DNA of 64,000 nt from Actinomycetota bacterium (GCA_034211175.1 JAXHUH010000240.1:2393-66392); one strand, 5' to 3'. Shown: positions 35,559 through 45,667, counted from the first letter of the stretch. A program made the numbers and translations. Notes: a model not told the origin generated them from the letters alone.

Positions 35559-36890
35559 TCAGGCTCGCTCGCCGGCCAGCCGGGCGAGTGGCCGGGCGAG
35601 CGCGAGGCTGGTGGCGGCGACACCCAGCACGAGCGCCGTCATCCCGCCGCTGACCAGGTAGGGGACCTGGGCCCATGGGGCGACTTGCTCGGCTGCCCCG
35701 CTCCATGCCATGGCACTGGCTGCGACAGCACCGACGCCGGCGGTCGCCGCCGCAGGCAGCGACCAGTCTCTGGGCGCCGCCGACGCACGCCGGCGGGCGA
35801 AGTAGGTGACACCGCCGGCCGCCGCCGCGAGAAGGAGCACGAGTAGTGCGATCGAGGTGGCTTCACCGTCGTGATCGACGGGCAGCAGCGGGAGCTGGGC
35901 CAGCCCCGTTCGAAGGGAGACGGGCGCGGCGGCTGAGGAGGACGCCGGGTCGGGTCCGGCGAGCTCCGAGGACGCCACAGCTGCCACCGGTGAAGAGGGA
36001 CCCGCCTGGTCACCGCGCAGCGCAGATGGATCGCTGGCGGCTGGTCGGCCGACCGGTGGCGACGGCGGGGGCGGCGACGTGTCGTCGGCAGGGGCGGCTG
36101 GCCCTGCGGTGGCCGACCCGTCGTCGGGGGCGGGCGTCTCGGGCGCCGGGGTGGGCAGCGCGGCGCACAGCAGGAACACGGGCGCCAGCACGCTGCCGGC
36201 GAGCACGGGCGGCGATGTCGGCAGCGCAGGGAGCGGTACGGGGACGAGCACGGGAGCGAGACCGAGCGCCAGGAAGGCCAAACCGGGAACCTGGCCGCAG
36301 GCCGGACCGATGACCGGCGCCAGCGGGTCCACCACCGGTGCCAGCGCCTCCAACGCCGGCGCCAGCGTTTCCAGCGCTCCGGCGAGCGCTTGGATCGCCG
36401 GAGCCAGCAACTCTCCCGTCGTCGGCGCTGCAGCGGTGGTGCCCATCGGTCGGCCCCACAGGTGGGCGCTGACCGGGGCGGACACGACGCCGAGCTCGTG
36501 GACCGCCCGGGCCAGCGAGCGCACCGGCGCATCGAGAGTGTCGCGGACCGTTGCGGTGGTGAGCCGTTCCCGTGCGAGGTGGTCGACCACCGGCCCGCCG
36601 GTGGCCGCGACCCGGACCGTCGCGGTTCGCATCTCGCCGAGGGCGCCGGCCAGCCTCATCGTCGACACGCCACTCTGGTCGCGCCCGGCGAAGATGCCGG
36701 TAGCTCCTCCATCCGGATGAGCCATGTCGTCGAGCGTGCCCGTGAGGTCCTCAGTGGCGGAACCGAGGTCGCCGAGCGCCTCGGCGAAGGCGTCGAGCTC
36801 GCCGTCGGCGCCGGCGTGTGCGGTGGGCGGAGTGGTCATCGCAGCAGCCAGCGCAGCGATCACGGCCAGGGACAGGATGCGCCGCATCAT
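35559..36890 (-). CDS. Secreted/membrane protein of unknown function: signal peptide, LAPxxxx heptads, Pro-rich region, C-terminal 2-TM QVPYLVSGG module
   Basis: ATGA overlap with the upstream small gene. Signal peptide MMRRILSLAVIAALAAAMTTPPTAHA. C-terminal AMAWSGAAEQVAPWAQVPYLVSGGMTALVLGVAATSLALA is paralogous to the 119-aa neighbour. Confidence 0.7.
   Translation of the reverse strand: MMRRILSLAVIAALAAAMTTPPTAHAGADGELDAFAEALGDLGSATEDLTGTLDDMAHPDGGATGIFAGRDQSGVSTMRLAGALGEMRTATVRVAATGGPVVDHLARERLTTATVRDTLDAPVRSLARAVHELGVVSAPVSAHLWGRPMGTTAAAPTTGELLAPAIQALAGALETLAPALEALAPVVDPLAPVIGPACGQVPGLAFLALGLAPVLVPVPLPALPTSPPVLAGSVLAPVFLLCAALPTPAPETPAPDDGSATAGPAAPADDTSPPPPSPPVGRPAASDPSALRGDQAGPSSPVAAVASSELAGPDPASSSAAAPVSLRTGLAQLPLLPVDHDGEATSIALLVLLLAAAAGGVTYFARRRASAAPRDWSLPAAATAGVGAVAASAMAWSGAAEQVAPWAQVPYLVSGGMTALVLGVAATSLALARPLARLAGERA
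36303..36407 (-). repeat. Five tandem 21-nt units encoding LAPAIQA LAGALET LAPALEA LAPVVDP LAPVIGP
   Basis: Read directly. In frame with CDS 35559..36890. Confidence 0.8.
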
Positions 36891-37246
36891 GACGATGCAC
36901 CGGTGTTCGATGGCGGATCGGTGTCGGTCGACTCGATGCCCCGGGCTGCAGACACCGCGCCGACGAGGAACACGATCGAGCCGGCCACCGTCAGCGAAAC
37001 GGTGGCGAGTCCGCCGCTGACCAGGTACGGGACCTGCTCGCCGAGAGAGGTCTTCCCCGCCGCACCGTTCCAGGTGATGAACACCACGAACAGGGCGCCG
37101 AGCCAGAGCGCGACGGCGGCCATGTCGGTCCGGCCGCGGCCGCGAGACGACGCGGCGCCCGCCCGGTCCCAGAGGGTACGGAACTCGTCCCAGCGGATGG
37201 ACACCGACTCCTCGGTGTGCGTCCGCAGCGGTTCGCTGGGGGTCAT
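36887..37246 (-). CDS. Small 2-TM membrane protein with a W-x-GAA...QVPYLVSGG module
   Basis: 119 aa. ATGA overlap with the ATPase stop. AAVALWLGALFVVFITWNGAAGKTSLGEQVPYLVSGGLATVSLTVAGSIVFLVGA. Confidence 0.65.
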   Translation of the reverse strand: MTPSEPLRTHTEESVSIRWDEFRTLWDRAGAASSRGRGRTDMAAVALWLGALFVVFITWNGAAGKTSLGEQVPYLVSGGLATVSLTVAGSIVFLVGAVSAARGIESTDTDPPSNTGASS

Positions 37247-38832
37247 GATGCGTTGCTCCTTCCGAGATACGCGGCGGCGACGTCCCCGTGCAGTCGGTCG
37301 GCGAGGTCGGTGACGCGGCCGGCCATCTGCACCGCTCCCACCTCGAGGACGCAGGCCACGTCTGCATGGTTCAGCACCGCCAGGTTCTGCTCGACGGCCA
37401 GAACGGTCACGCCGGTGCGGTTCACGGTGGAGACGAGGTCGAGCACCGTCTCGACGACGATGGGCGCCAGGCCGAGAGAGGCCTCGTCGACCAGCAGCAG
37501 CTGGGGATCGCTCATCAGGGCCCGTCCGATGGCCAGCATCTGCTGTTCGCCACCCGAGAGGGTGCCGGCGGTCTGGCGGAGCCGTTGGCCGAGCACCGGA
37601 AACGTCTCGAGCACCTGCTCGAGACGCTCGCGGCGGTGCTCGCGGCCGGCGACGAGCGTTCCGGATGCGAGGTTGTCCTCCACCGGCAGGCTCGAGAAGA
37701 GCTCACGGCCTTCCGGCACGAGGGCGACCCCTCGTCGCACGATGTCGGGTGTCGACATCGCCCGCACCGACTCACCACCCACGCGGATGTCGCCATCGAG
37801 CACGTCGGCCAAGCCGAGGACGGCCCGCAACGTCGTGGTCTTCCCGGCGCCGTTGGCGCCGAGGAGCACGCCGAACTCGCCACGACCCAGCTCGAGATCG
37901 ACGCCGTGGACGACCGGGATGCCGCCGTAGCCGGCCCGCAGCCCGTGAAAGGAGAGGTGCGCTACGGCGTCGTCAGTCGACACGGGCCACGTCCGGTGCG
38001 GCGGTGAGCGGGCGGGTGCGGCGGCGCCCGCCGCGGGAAGACTTCGCGGTGCACGGCCGCCGGACCCCAGGTAGGCCTCGACCACCGTGGGGTCGTCGGT
38101 GACCTCGTCGGGTGTTCCGGCGGCGATGACCTGTCCGAAGTTCAGCACGTAGATCCGGTCGGCGACCTCCCGCACCAGAGGTACGTGGTGCTCGATGACC
38201 ACGACCGTGACGCCGAGGCGGGCGCGGATGTCGCGGACGACGCCGGACAGCCTCGGGATCTCCTCACGGCTGGCGCCGGCCGCAGGCTCATCCAGCAGCA
38301 GCACGGCGGGCCGGGTCAGAAGGGCGCAACCGAGCTCGAGGAGCTTGCGGCTGCCATAGGGCATGTCGGCGGCGCTCACGTCCCGGTACCCGGTGAGCCC
38401 GAGGATGGCGAGGACGTCGTCAGCCATGGCGAGCCGGTCGAGCTCGCGCTGGCGCTCCCGACGGCCCAGGCCGAGCAGACCAGCTGGTGAGTCGGTGTCC
38501 ACGGTGAGGTAGGAGGCGATGAGCAGGTTGCCCACCGCCGTCTCGGACAACCACAGGCCCCCTTGCTGGAAGGTGCGACTGAGCCCCTTCCTCGTCCGCG
38601 CTGCGGGCGACAGCGTGGTGATGTCCTGATCTTCCAGCTGGACCCGCCCGGAGGTGGGCGAGACGAACCCGGTCAGGACGTTGAACAACGTGGTCTTGCC
38701 TGCGCCGTTGGGGCCGATGATGGCGACCACCTCGCCGGGCGCGACGTCGATGCTCACCCCGTCGAGGGCCCGCACGCCGGCGAACTGCACGGTGAGGTCG
38801 AACGCCTCGAGCTTCGGGGTGCGTGCGTTCAT
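37243..38832 (-). CDS. Fused double ABC ATPase, LivG-like domain then LivF-like domain
   Basis: No stop codon between the domains. Walker A GPNGAGKTT (LivG part, IEHHV) and GANGAGKTT (LivF part, SGGEQQML). The roughly 30-aa linker has lower GC3 than an alternative frame, so the fusion could be an indel artefact. Confidence 0.82.
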   Translation of the reverse strand: MNARTPKLEAFDLTVQFAGVRALDGVSIDVAPGEVVAIIGPNGAGKTTLFNVLTGFVSPTSGRVQLEDQDITTLSPAARTRKGLSRTFQQGGLWLSETAVGNLLIASYLTVDTDSPAGLLGLGRRERQRELDRLAMADDVLAILGLTGYRDVSAADMPYGSRKLLELGCALLTRPAVLLLDEPAAGASREEIPRLSGVVRDIRARLGVTVVVIEHHVPLVREVADRIYVLNFGQVIAAGTPDEVTDDPTVVEAYLGSGGRAPRSLPAAGAAAPARSPPHRTWPVSTDDAVAHLSFHGLRAGYGGIPVVHGVDLELGRGEFGVLLGANGAGKTTTLRAVLGLADVLDGDIRVGGESVRAMSTPDIVRRGVALVPEGRELFSSLPVEDNLASGTLVAGREHRRERLEQVLETFPVLGQRLRQTAGTLSGGEQQMLAIGRALMSDPQLLLVDEASLGLAPIVVETVLDLVSTVNRTGVTVLAVEQNLAVLNHADVACVLEVGAVQMAGRVTDLADRLHGDVAAAYLGRSNAS

Positions 38833-40853
38833 GGTGCGTCTCCGGACATGACCAGCGTCGGGTCCGCCGGGGCCGAACGTGGCGGCGCAGGTGCTTCGGT
38901 CTGCGGCGGTGTCGGGCTGTCGTGGGTGCCCTCCGAGTCGGGGCGCCGCCGCTCGTCGATGCGTGCTCGCAGCGAACGCACGAGGCCGGCCATGCCATCG
39001 GGGCGGAACCCGATGAGCACCAGCAGGAGCGCAGCACCGACGAAGAGGGCGACGTCGTCCTGGCCGCCCCCGCCCCCGTAGACCGTGTTGAAGGTGAACA
39101 GCGCGGTCATGATCGCGACACCGATCCGGGAACCGATACCGCCGAGCACCACGTACAGCACCACGGTGAACGACAGCAGGAGCGGGAACAGCAGCGAGAC
39201 GAGGTGGCCGATCCGGAGCGCGAACAGCGCTCCGGCAACGCCCGCTCCGACCCCGGAAACGGTGAACCCCGCGACGCTCAGGGCGGCCGGCGAGATCCCC
39301 CGAGCTGATGCTGCTGCTCGGTTGTCGCGCACGGCGACCCATGCCCGCCCGAGCGGCGACCCTTGCAGTCGGCGGTCGGCGAGCCACACGGCGGCCATGA
39401 TGACGAGTGCGGCGCCGAGGAACGTCCGGTCGTCGGCGAGGTCGAAGGGGCCGATCGCGGGCCGAGCGAGCTGGAGTCCCGCCCCGCCCTGGGAGAACTC
39501 CGGGCGCGGGAACACAGACACCTCGAGCACCACGGCGAACGACAGCGTCAGGACCGCCAGGTACAGGCCCCGCACGCGCAGTGCCGCCATGCCAAGCACG
39601 AAGGCCACTGCCGCGGTGCTCACCACGCCGACTCCGAAGGCGAAGAAGAAGGGGAACTCCCAGGTGGTGCTGGCGACGGCGGTCATGAACGCCCCCACAC
39701 CCATCAACCCGCCGTGGGCCAGCGAGAGCTGACCGGTGTTGGCCAGCAGCGTGTTGAGGCTCAGCGCGAGGATCACCATCACCGGGATCAGCGACAGCTT
39801 GAAGGCATCGATGCCGCTGACCGAGCGCACCAGCACCAAGCCGACCAGCACCATGCCGGCCGCCGGCAGCACCCCTCCGATCAGTCGCACCCGCCACGGT
39901 GACGGCGGTCGAGGAGTGCGAACGAGGCTGTGGAGCTGGACCAGCGACTCACCGCCCTCTGCCGCCACGCCCTCGGGGCCACGGCCGAACAGCCCTTGGG
40001 GGCGGAACAGCAGCACGCCGAACAAGATGAGGAATACCACCAGCTGGGGCGCACCAGCCGTGCCGCCAGCCCAGTAGCGGGTCAGCGCTTCGGCGAGGCC
40101 CACGATCAACCCTCCGGCGACCGCTCCAGGAAGGCTGCGCATGCCGCCGAGGATGGCGGCGGTGAATGAACCGGCGAGTGCGTAGGTGAGGAAGCCGGGT
40201 CCCACGCGCTGGCCGACCCATCCGAGGAAGATCGCAGCCAGGGCCGCGAGCGCACCGGCGATGCACCACGTCACCGCTTCCACCACAGGCGGTCGCAGCC
40301 CGATCACCTTGGCTGCGTAGGGGTTGTCTGCGCTGACTCGGACCATGAGGCCGATCGGGGTCCGCTCCACCAGGAGCCACAGGCCGAGGCAGACGACGGC
40401 CACGGAGACGACGACCGCGATCTGGGTGGGGGTGACAACGGCACCGAAGAGCTCGATGCCGCCACCGGTGAACGGCGCCGCGAACGGTCGGACCGGCCCG
40501 CTGTCGCCGGCGAACAGCCGGACCTCCAGCACGGTCAGCATCAGCAGGGCCGCGATGGTGCCGACCAACGGTGGGAGGCTGCCCTTGGAGCTGCCCTTCC
40601 GGAACAGCACGGCACGGATTGCGACGCTCACCAGGGCACCGCCGATGACGCCTGCGGGGACGGCGACGGCCCAGGGCAGCTCGAGATCCTGCACCAGCTT
40701 GGCCACGAGGAGCGCACCGAACACGCCGATCTCACCGTGGGCAAAGCTCAAGATCCGTGATGAGTTGTTGATCAGCACCAGTCCGAGGGCGAGCAAGGCG
40801 TACGCGGCGCCGCCGGTGACGCCGACCACCAGGTAGGGCAGCACGTCGCTCAT
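38829..40853 (-). CDS. Fused LivH-LivM-type ABC permease
   Basis: ATG at 40853 with GGAGAGGGGAA RBS. About 674 aa polytopic. ATGA overlap with the ATPase start. Confidence 0.87.
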   Translation of the reverse strand: MSDVLPYLVVGVTGGAAYALLALGLVLINNSSRILSFAHGEIGVFGALLVAKLVQDLELPWAVAVPAGVIGGALVSVAIRAVLFRKGSSKGSLPPLVGTIAALLMLTVLEVRLFAGDSGPVRPFAAPFTGGGIELFGAVVTPTQIAVVVSVAVVCLGLWLLVERTPIGLMVRVSADNPYAAKVIGLRPPVVEAVTWCIAGALAALAAIFLGWVGQRVGPGFLTYALAGSFTAAILGGMRSLPGAVAGGLIVGLAEALTRYWAGGTAGAPQLVVFLILFGVLLFRPQGLFGRGPEGVAAEGGESLVQLHSLVRTPRPPSPWRVRLIGGVLPAAGMVLVGLVLVRSVSGIDAFKLSLIPVMVILALSLNTLLANTGQLSLAHGGLMGVGAFMTAVASTTWEFPFFFAFGVGVVSTAAVAFVLGMAALRVRGLYLAVLTLSFAVVLEVSVFPRPEFSQGGAGLQLARPAIGPFDLADDRTFLGAALVIMAAVWLADRRLQGSPLGRAWVAVRDNRAAASARGISPAALSVAGFTVSGVGAGVAGALFALRIGHLVSLLFPLLLSFTVVLYVVLGGIGSRIGVAIMTALFTFNTVYGGGGGQDDVALFVGAALLLVLIGFRPDGMAGLVRSLRARIDERRRPDSEGTHDSPTPPQTEAPAPPRSAPADPTLVMSGDAP

Positions 40854-40884
40854 CGGTTCCCCTCTCCGACACCCGTCGCCCGGT

Positions 40885-42381
40885 TCACCCGCCGAACCCC
40901 AGGTGCCAGGTCGAGTCGATCTCGACGAGCCGGCCGGCGTCGGCGTCGCCCTGCCACAGCACGACGCCCCGGCCGCCGACGTGGCTGCCGTCACGGAAAT
41001 CCAGCGGGTTCAGCACCTGGTTGTCGTAGACGAGACCGCCCATGGCGGCGTTGAACGTCGCCACCGTGAGGTTCGGGCCGGTCTGCTCCAGTGCTTCGCG
41101 CAGCGCATCCGAGATCGCCCACACCAGGATGAGCAGGGGGTCTTCGTCGCCGGGGAACGGCTCGTCCGGATAGGCGGCCTTCCAGTCGGCGCGAGCCTGC
41201 TGCTGCAGGGCGGAGTCGGAGTCGGCAGGGTGGTGGTTGGCAGAGAACGTGATGCAACCGTCGAGGCTCTCTGATCCGAGCGGCGCTTCGATGCCGCACG
41301 CCGCCGTGTTGGCGACGCCCAGCCACTGCGGGCTGTAACCCTGTGAGGTACAGGCGTCGGCAGCCTGGGCCATGACCAACCCCGAAGCCATCATGTAGAC
41401 GAGCTCGACGCCTTCCTGCTGCATCTTGATGCAGGTGGCCTGCAGCTGGGACGGGTTCGGGTCCTTGTCCACGGCGTCGTCGACAGCGATCTCCGCCCCG
41501 AGCTCCCGAGCCCGTGTCACGAACCCCCGGCGCGCGCTCTCGGCGTTGGGCGTGTTCATCCGCAGCATCGCCATCGGCCGGTCCCGGCCGTCGAGCTCGG
41601 CCACGGCGTACTCGGCCAGCAGGGCGCTCATCGGCTCGTACGTCATGGTCAGCGCCCAGTAGTTCGGGTTGCCCAGCAGGCCTTGCTCGACCGTCCCTGC
41701 TGACAGGTAGGGGCGGCCCTGGCCGACCGTGTACTGGCCGCAGGCTGCGATCTGGTCGGCGCCGGCTGCCCCGTAGACGAAGAATACGTCGTGTTGCTCG
41801 ACCAGGGTCTTGCATGCCTGGACCGAACCGCTGGGCGTGTACTGGTCGTCGCCGATGAACACCTCCACCTCGCGGCCGTGGATGCCGCCCTCGCGGTTGC
41901 GTGCGTCCCAGTAGGCGTTGACCGCCTCTTCCAGCGGGAGCAAAGAGCTGATGTCCAGGCCGCTGATCGACATCGGCAGGTGCATGCCGACGCGGACGGT
42001 GTCTGCGGTGACGCCAGGCGCGAACCCGTCGGCCGCAACCGCCGACCCGGCGGCGACACCGACCTCTGCGGTCCCGCCCCCGTCGCCTCCAGCCGGCCCT
42101 CCGGTGCTGGCCGGTGGTGTCGCCGTCGTCGCCGCCGCCGTCTTGCTTGGCGTCGGAGCGCCGCCAACCACATCGTCGGTGGGTGCGTCGGCGACCCCGG
42201 TGGCGCCGCCGCCGTCCTCGGCGTACGGGGTGAGGCCGGCGCCCCCGGTGGCGGCGAGCGACTCGGGGTCGACCTTGGACCCGCACGCCGCTGCGACGAG
42301 CGCACCGACGAGAACCAGGCCCACGAGCCCGACGCGAGATCGCCCGAAGGCATAATGTGCGGTTTCTCGACGCTCGACCAT
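40885..42381 (-). CDS. ABC substrate-binding lipoprotein, LivK/type-1 PBP fold
   Basis: 498 aa. Signal plus lipobox-like LVGALVAAAC, A/T/G-rich linker, then an SBP-like domain. GAGGGGGG RBS. Confidence 0.86.
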   Translation of the reverse strand: MVERRETAHYAFGRSRVGLVGLVLVGALVAAACGSKVDPESLAATGGAGLTPYAEDGGGATGVADAPTDDVVGGAPTPSKTAAATTATPPASTGGPAGGDGGGTAEVGVAAGSAVAADGFAPGVTADTVRVGMHLPMSISGLDISSLLPLEEAVNAYWDARNREGGIHGREVEVFIGDDQYTPSGSVQACKTLVEQHDVFFVYGAAGADQIAACGQYTVGQGRPYLSAGTVEQGLLGNPNYWALTMTYEPMSALLAEYAVAELDGRDRPMAMLRMNTPNAESARRGFVTRARELGAEIAVDDAVDKDPNPSQLQATCIKMQQEGVELVYMMASGLVMAQAADACTSQGYSPQWLGVANTAACGIEAPLGSESLDGCITFSANHHPADSDSALQQQARADWKAAYPDEPFPGDEDPLLILVWAISDALREALEQTGPNLTVATFNAAMGGLVYDNQVLNPLDFRDGSHVGGRGVVLWQGDADAGRLVEIDSTWHLGFGG

Positions 42382-42480
42382 CGGCCCCCCTCGGTGCGCT
42401 GGGAGCGCAACCGTTCGTCCGTGGTCCTCACTTCGACGGGTGGGCGGGCACTTCCTTCCTTGCTCCAGCCGTCCCGAGGG

Positions 42481-43389
42481 TCACACGCCGAGCGTCTCCG
42501 CCGGACGGGCCTGGTCGAGCAGCTCGGAGACGACCGGGCCGAGCTCGGCGGGCTCCCAGCGGTCCTCCTTGTCTCGCTCGGGTCCCCGCCGCCATCCCTC
42601 GGCCACCGAGATCCGGCCACCGGCCACGTTGAACACCTGTCCGGTCACGCCGGTGGACTCGGCGCTGCCCAGCCACACCACCAAAGGTGAGATGTTCTCC
42701 GGTGCATACGCGTCGAAGGTGCCGGGCTCCACGTCGCGGGCCGCCTCACCGAAGCCGAGGTTCTCCGTCATGCGGGTCAGCGCCGCCGGGGCGATGGCGT
42801 TGACGGTGACGCCGTAGCGGCCGAGCTCCTTGGCGGCGATGTTCGTCATCGCCGCGATGCCCGCCTTCGCCGCCCCGTAGTTGAGCTGGCCCGGGTTCCC
42901 GTAGAGCCCCGACCCCGACGACGTGTTGATGATCCGGGCGTCGTTGGATTCGCCGGCCTTGGCCCGTTCCCTCCAGTGGGCCGCCGCCCAGCGCAGCGGG
43001 GCGAAGGTGCCCTTCAGATGGACCTTGATGACGGCGTCCCACTCGTCCTCGGTCATGTTCACGAGCATCCGGTCGCGCAGGATGCCCGCGTTGTTGACGA
43101 GCACGTCGATGCCGCCGAAGGTGTCGATGGCCGTCTGGATCAGACGTCCGGCGCCATCCCAGTCGGACACGTCGTCGCCGTTGGCCACGGCCTCGCTGCC
43201 CATGCCGCGGATGTCGTCGACCACCTCGCCGGCGGGCCCGCCGGACGAACCGCGACCGTCGACCTCGGCACCGAGGTCGTTGACCACCACCTTGGCCCCC
43301 TCGGCGGCGAAGGCGAGCGCGTGCGCGCGGCCGATGCCCCGTGCCGCACCCGTGATGACGACCACCCGGCCGTCGCAGATTCCACTCAT
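42481..43389 (-). CDS. SDR oxidoreductase, paralogue of 25165..26061
   Basis: VVVITGAARGIGRAHA...VVVNDLGAEVDG...IDVLVNNAGILRD...NYGAAKAG. Confidence 0.88.
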   Translation of the reverse strand: MSGICDGRVVVITGAARGIGRAHALAFAAEGAKVVVNDLGAEVDGRGSSGGPAGEVVDDIRGMGSEAVANGDDVSDWDGAGRLIQTAIDTFGGIDVLVNNAGILRDRMLVNMTEDEWDAVIKVHLKGTFAPLRWAAAHWRERAKAGESNDARIINTSSGSGLYGNPGQLNYGAAKAGIAAMTNIAAKELGRYGVTVNAIAPAALTRMTENLGFGEAARDVEPGTFDAYAPENISPLVVWLGSAESTGVTGQVFNVAGGRISVAEGWRRGPERDKEDRWEPAELGPVVSELLDQARPAETLGV

Positions 43390-43441
43390 GAAGATGTTCC
43401 CCCTGGTCTCCGATGGCGTCCGCCGCACCGGCGGCCCTGAC

Positions 43442-43465
43442 GTGACACAGTAGAGGACATGTCTC
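43442..43465. promoter_or_regulatory. Operator-like palindrome GTGACA-N12-TGTCTC (site 5 of 9)
   Basis: In the divergent SDR2/ACAD2 intergenic region. The right half overlaps the first ATG of the ACAD2 ORF. Confidence 0.5.
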
Positions 43466-44736
43466 ATCAGGGGGAGTCTGACGTGGTCGGTGACGTCTAT
43501 GCCGAGTCCCGGGCGTGGTTCGAGCAGAACTGGGATCCTGATCTGGCGTTGCGGGAGTGGTGGCAGCGGTTGGCCGATTCCGGTTGGGGATTCCCGACCT
43601 GGCCGGAGGGAACCTACGGCCGCGGATTGTCCGGTGATGCCGCCCGCATGGTGGCCGACGCCCGCCGCGATGCCCGGGTGGCCCCACCCCCGGCCGGTAT
43701 CGCCCAGAACCTGGCCGGTCCGACCATCGTTGCCCACGGCACCCCGGAGCAGCAGGCCCGCTTCCTGCCGGGGATCGTCACCGGTGAGATCTGGTGCCAG
43801 CTGTTCTCCGAACCCGGCGCCGGCTCCGACCTCGCCGGACTCCAGACCCGGGCCGAACGTGACGGCGACGAGTGGGTGGTGAACGGGCAGAAGGTGTGGA
43901 CCTCGGGTGCGCACATCGCCCGCTACGGCATCCTGATCGCCCGGACCGATCCGTCGGTCCCCAAGCACGCCGGGCTGACGTACTTCGTCATCGAGATGGA
44001 CCAACCCGGCATCGACGTCCGACCCATCCGCGAGATGACCGGGCGGGCCATCTTCAACGAGGTGTTCCTGGCCGACGCCCGGGTGCCGGCGCAGAACCAG
44101 ATCGGAGGACTCGGCGAGGGGTGGGCGGTCGCGTTGACCACGCTGGCCAACGAGCGCACCATGCTCGGTGCCGGGTCCTTCGGCAGCTCCGGGTCGGGCG
44201 CGTCCATCCGCGAGATCGACCTCGACGCGCCGGCCGGGCAGCTGGTGCGGGACGAGCCCCGCCCCGAGGGTCGCAGCCGCGGGGGCGCTGCCGAGCTGAT
44301 GGCGGCGGTGCTCGAGCGCTTCGGTGGCTCCGACGACGCGGTGGTGCGCCAGGAGGTCGCCCGGATCCACAGCCTGATCGAGATCGCCCGCTACACCGAC
44401 CTGCGGGCCAAGGCTGCCATCGAGCGGGGCGGACGGCCGGGCCCTGAGGTGTCGGTCGGCAAGCTCGCTGCTTCGCACCTGCTCCAGACCATGCGGGAGA
44501 CGCTGTTCCGCCTCTGCGGCCCGCACGCCACCCTCTGGGGTGACGACGCCCCGTTCGGCGGGCGGGTCCACGAGGTCGGCCTGTCGAGCTACCTCATCTC
44601 CATCGGGGGCGGGACCGACCAGATCCAGCGCAACATCATCGGCGAGCGGGTGCTCGGCTTGCCCCGCGAGCCGCGAGCCGACAAAGGCGTGCCGTTCCGC
44701 GACCTGACGATCGGCACCCAGGGTGCCCACCGCTGA
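43459..44736 (+). CDS. Acyl-CoA dehydrogenase, paralogue of 26184..27449
   Basis: 425-aa ORF. An alternative start at GTG 43483, preceded by GGGGAG, fits an RBS better. Confidence 0.9.
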   Translation: MSHQGESDVVGDVYAESRAWFEQNWDPDLALREWWQRLADSGWGFPTWPEGTYGRGLSGDAARMVADARRDARVAPPPAGIAQNLAGPTIVAHGTPEQQARFLPGIVTGEIWCQLFSEPGAGSDLAGLQTRAERDGDEWVVNGQKVWTSGAHIARYGILIARTDPSVPKHAGLTYFVIEMDQPGIDVRPIREMTGRAIFNEVFLADARVPAQNQIGGLGEGWAVALTTLANERTMLGAGSFGSSGSGASIREIDLDAPAGQLVRDEPRPEGRSRGGAAELMAAVLERFGGSDDAVVRQEVARIHSLIEIARYTDLRAKAAIERGGRPGPEVSVGKLAASHLLQTMRETLFRLCGPHATLWGDDAPFGGRVHEVGLSSYLISIGGGTDQIQRNIIGERVLGLPREPRADKGVPFRDLTIGTQGAHR

Positions 44737-44773
44737 CCGTCTAGCCCACCCCACCAACCCACAGGAGAGATCC

Positions 44774-45667
44774 ATGCGCAGCGAAGCGCTCGAGAACATC
44801 GTCGCCATGCTTCGGGCCCAGGCCGCCGAGCGCGGCGACGCCGAGATGACCATCGCCGAGTGGCGGGAGGCCTACGACGGCCTCGGAGCGCTGCTCCCCG
44901 CGGCCGATGGCGTCGGCGTGGAGGCGGTCGACGCCGGTGGCGTCCGGGCCGAGTGGATCGGCACCGGTGACGGCCCGGTGGTGGTCTACGTCCACGGCGG
45001 GGGCTACTGCATCGGCTCGCTGGAGAGCCACCGGCCCATGCTCACCCACCTCGCGTCCGCCGTCGCCGGTCGGGTGCTGGCCGTCGACTACCGGCTGGCC
45101 CCTGAACACCCCTTTCCGGCCGCCCTCGACGACGCCTGTGCGGCGTACCGCTGGGTCCTCGCCGGCGGCGCCGACCCGGCACGGGTGGTCATCGCCGGCG
45201 ACTCCGCCGGGGGAGGCCTCACGCTGGCGACGCTGGTGGCCATGCGCGACGCCGGCGACCCGCTGCCGGCCGCCGGCGTGTGCCTGTCACCGTGGGCGGA
45301 TCTGACCCAATCGGGCGCGACCATGTCGGAGAAGGCGGACGTCGATCCCATGGTCCACGCCGAGGACCTGGCCCGCTGGGCGGCGGCCTACGCCGGCTCC
45401 GATCACGACGCGGGTTCCCCCGGACTCAGCCCGCTGTTCGCCGACCTGTCCGGCCTGCCTCCGCTCCTGGTCGAGGTCGGCACCGCCGAGGTGCTGCTCG
45501 ACGATGCCCGTCGCGTGGCCGAGCGGGCCCGCGCCGCAGGTGTGGACGTGACGCTGTTCGAGGGGGAGGATCTCATCCATGTCTGGCACTTCTTCGCCGG
45601 CGCCGTACCGGAGGCCGACGACGGCATCGCCCGGGTCGCCCGCTTCATCAGCGAGCGGGTGGCCTGA
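44774..45667 (+). CDS. Alpha/beta hydrolase fold-3 (HSL-type) esterase/lipase
   Basis: AGGAGAGA RBS. HGGGY oxyanion motif and GDSAGG nucleophile motif. Confidence 0.88.
   Translation: MRSEALENIVAMLRAQAAERGDAEMTIAEWREAYDGLGALLPAADGVGVEAVDAGGVRAEWIGTGDGPVVVYVHGGGYCIGSLESHRPMLTHLASAVAGRVLAVDYRLAPEHPFPAALDDACAAYRWVLAGGADPARVVIAGDSAGGGLTLATLVAMRDAGDPLPAAGVCLSPWADLTQSGATMSEKADVDPMVHAEDLARWAAAYAGSDHDAGSPGLSPLFADLSGLPPLLVEVGTAEVLLDDARRVAERARAAGVDVTLFEGEDLIHVWHFFAGAVPEADDGIARVARFISERVA

Noticed and set aside
37984-38090. Calling LivG and LivF of locus 2 as two separate genes
   Set aside because: There is no in-frame stop between the two ATPase domains in the sequence as given, so it is reported as one fused CDS. 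The possibility of an indel artefact is noted in the findings.
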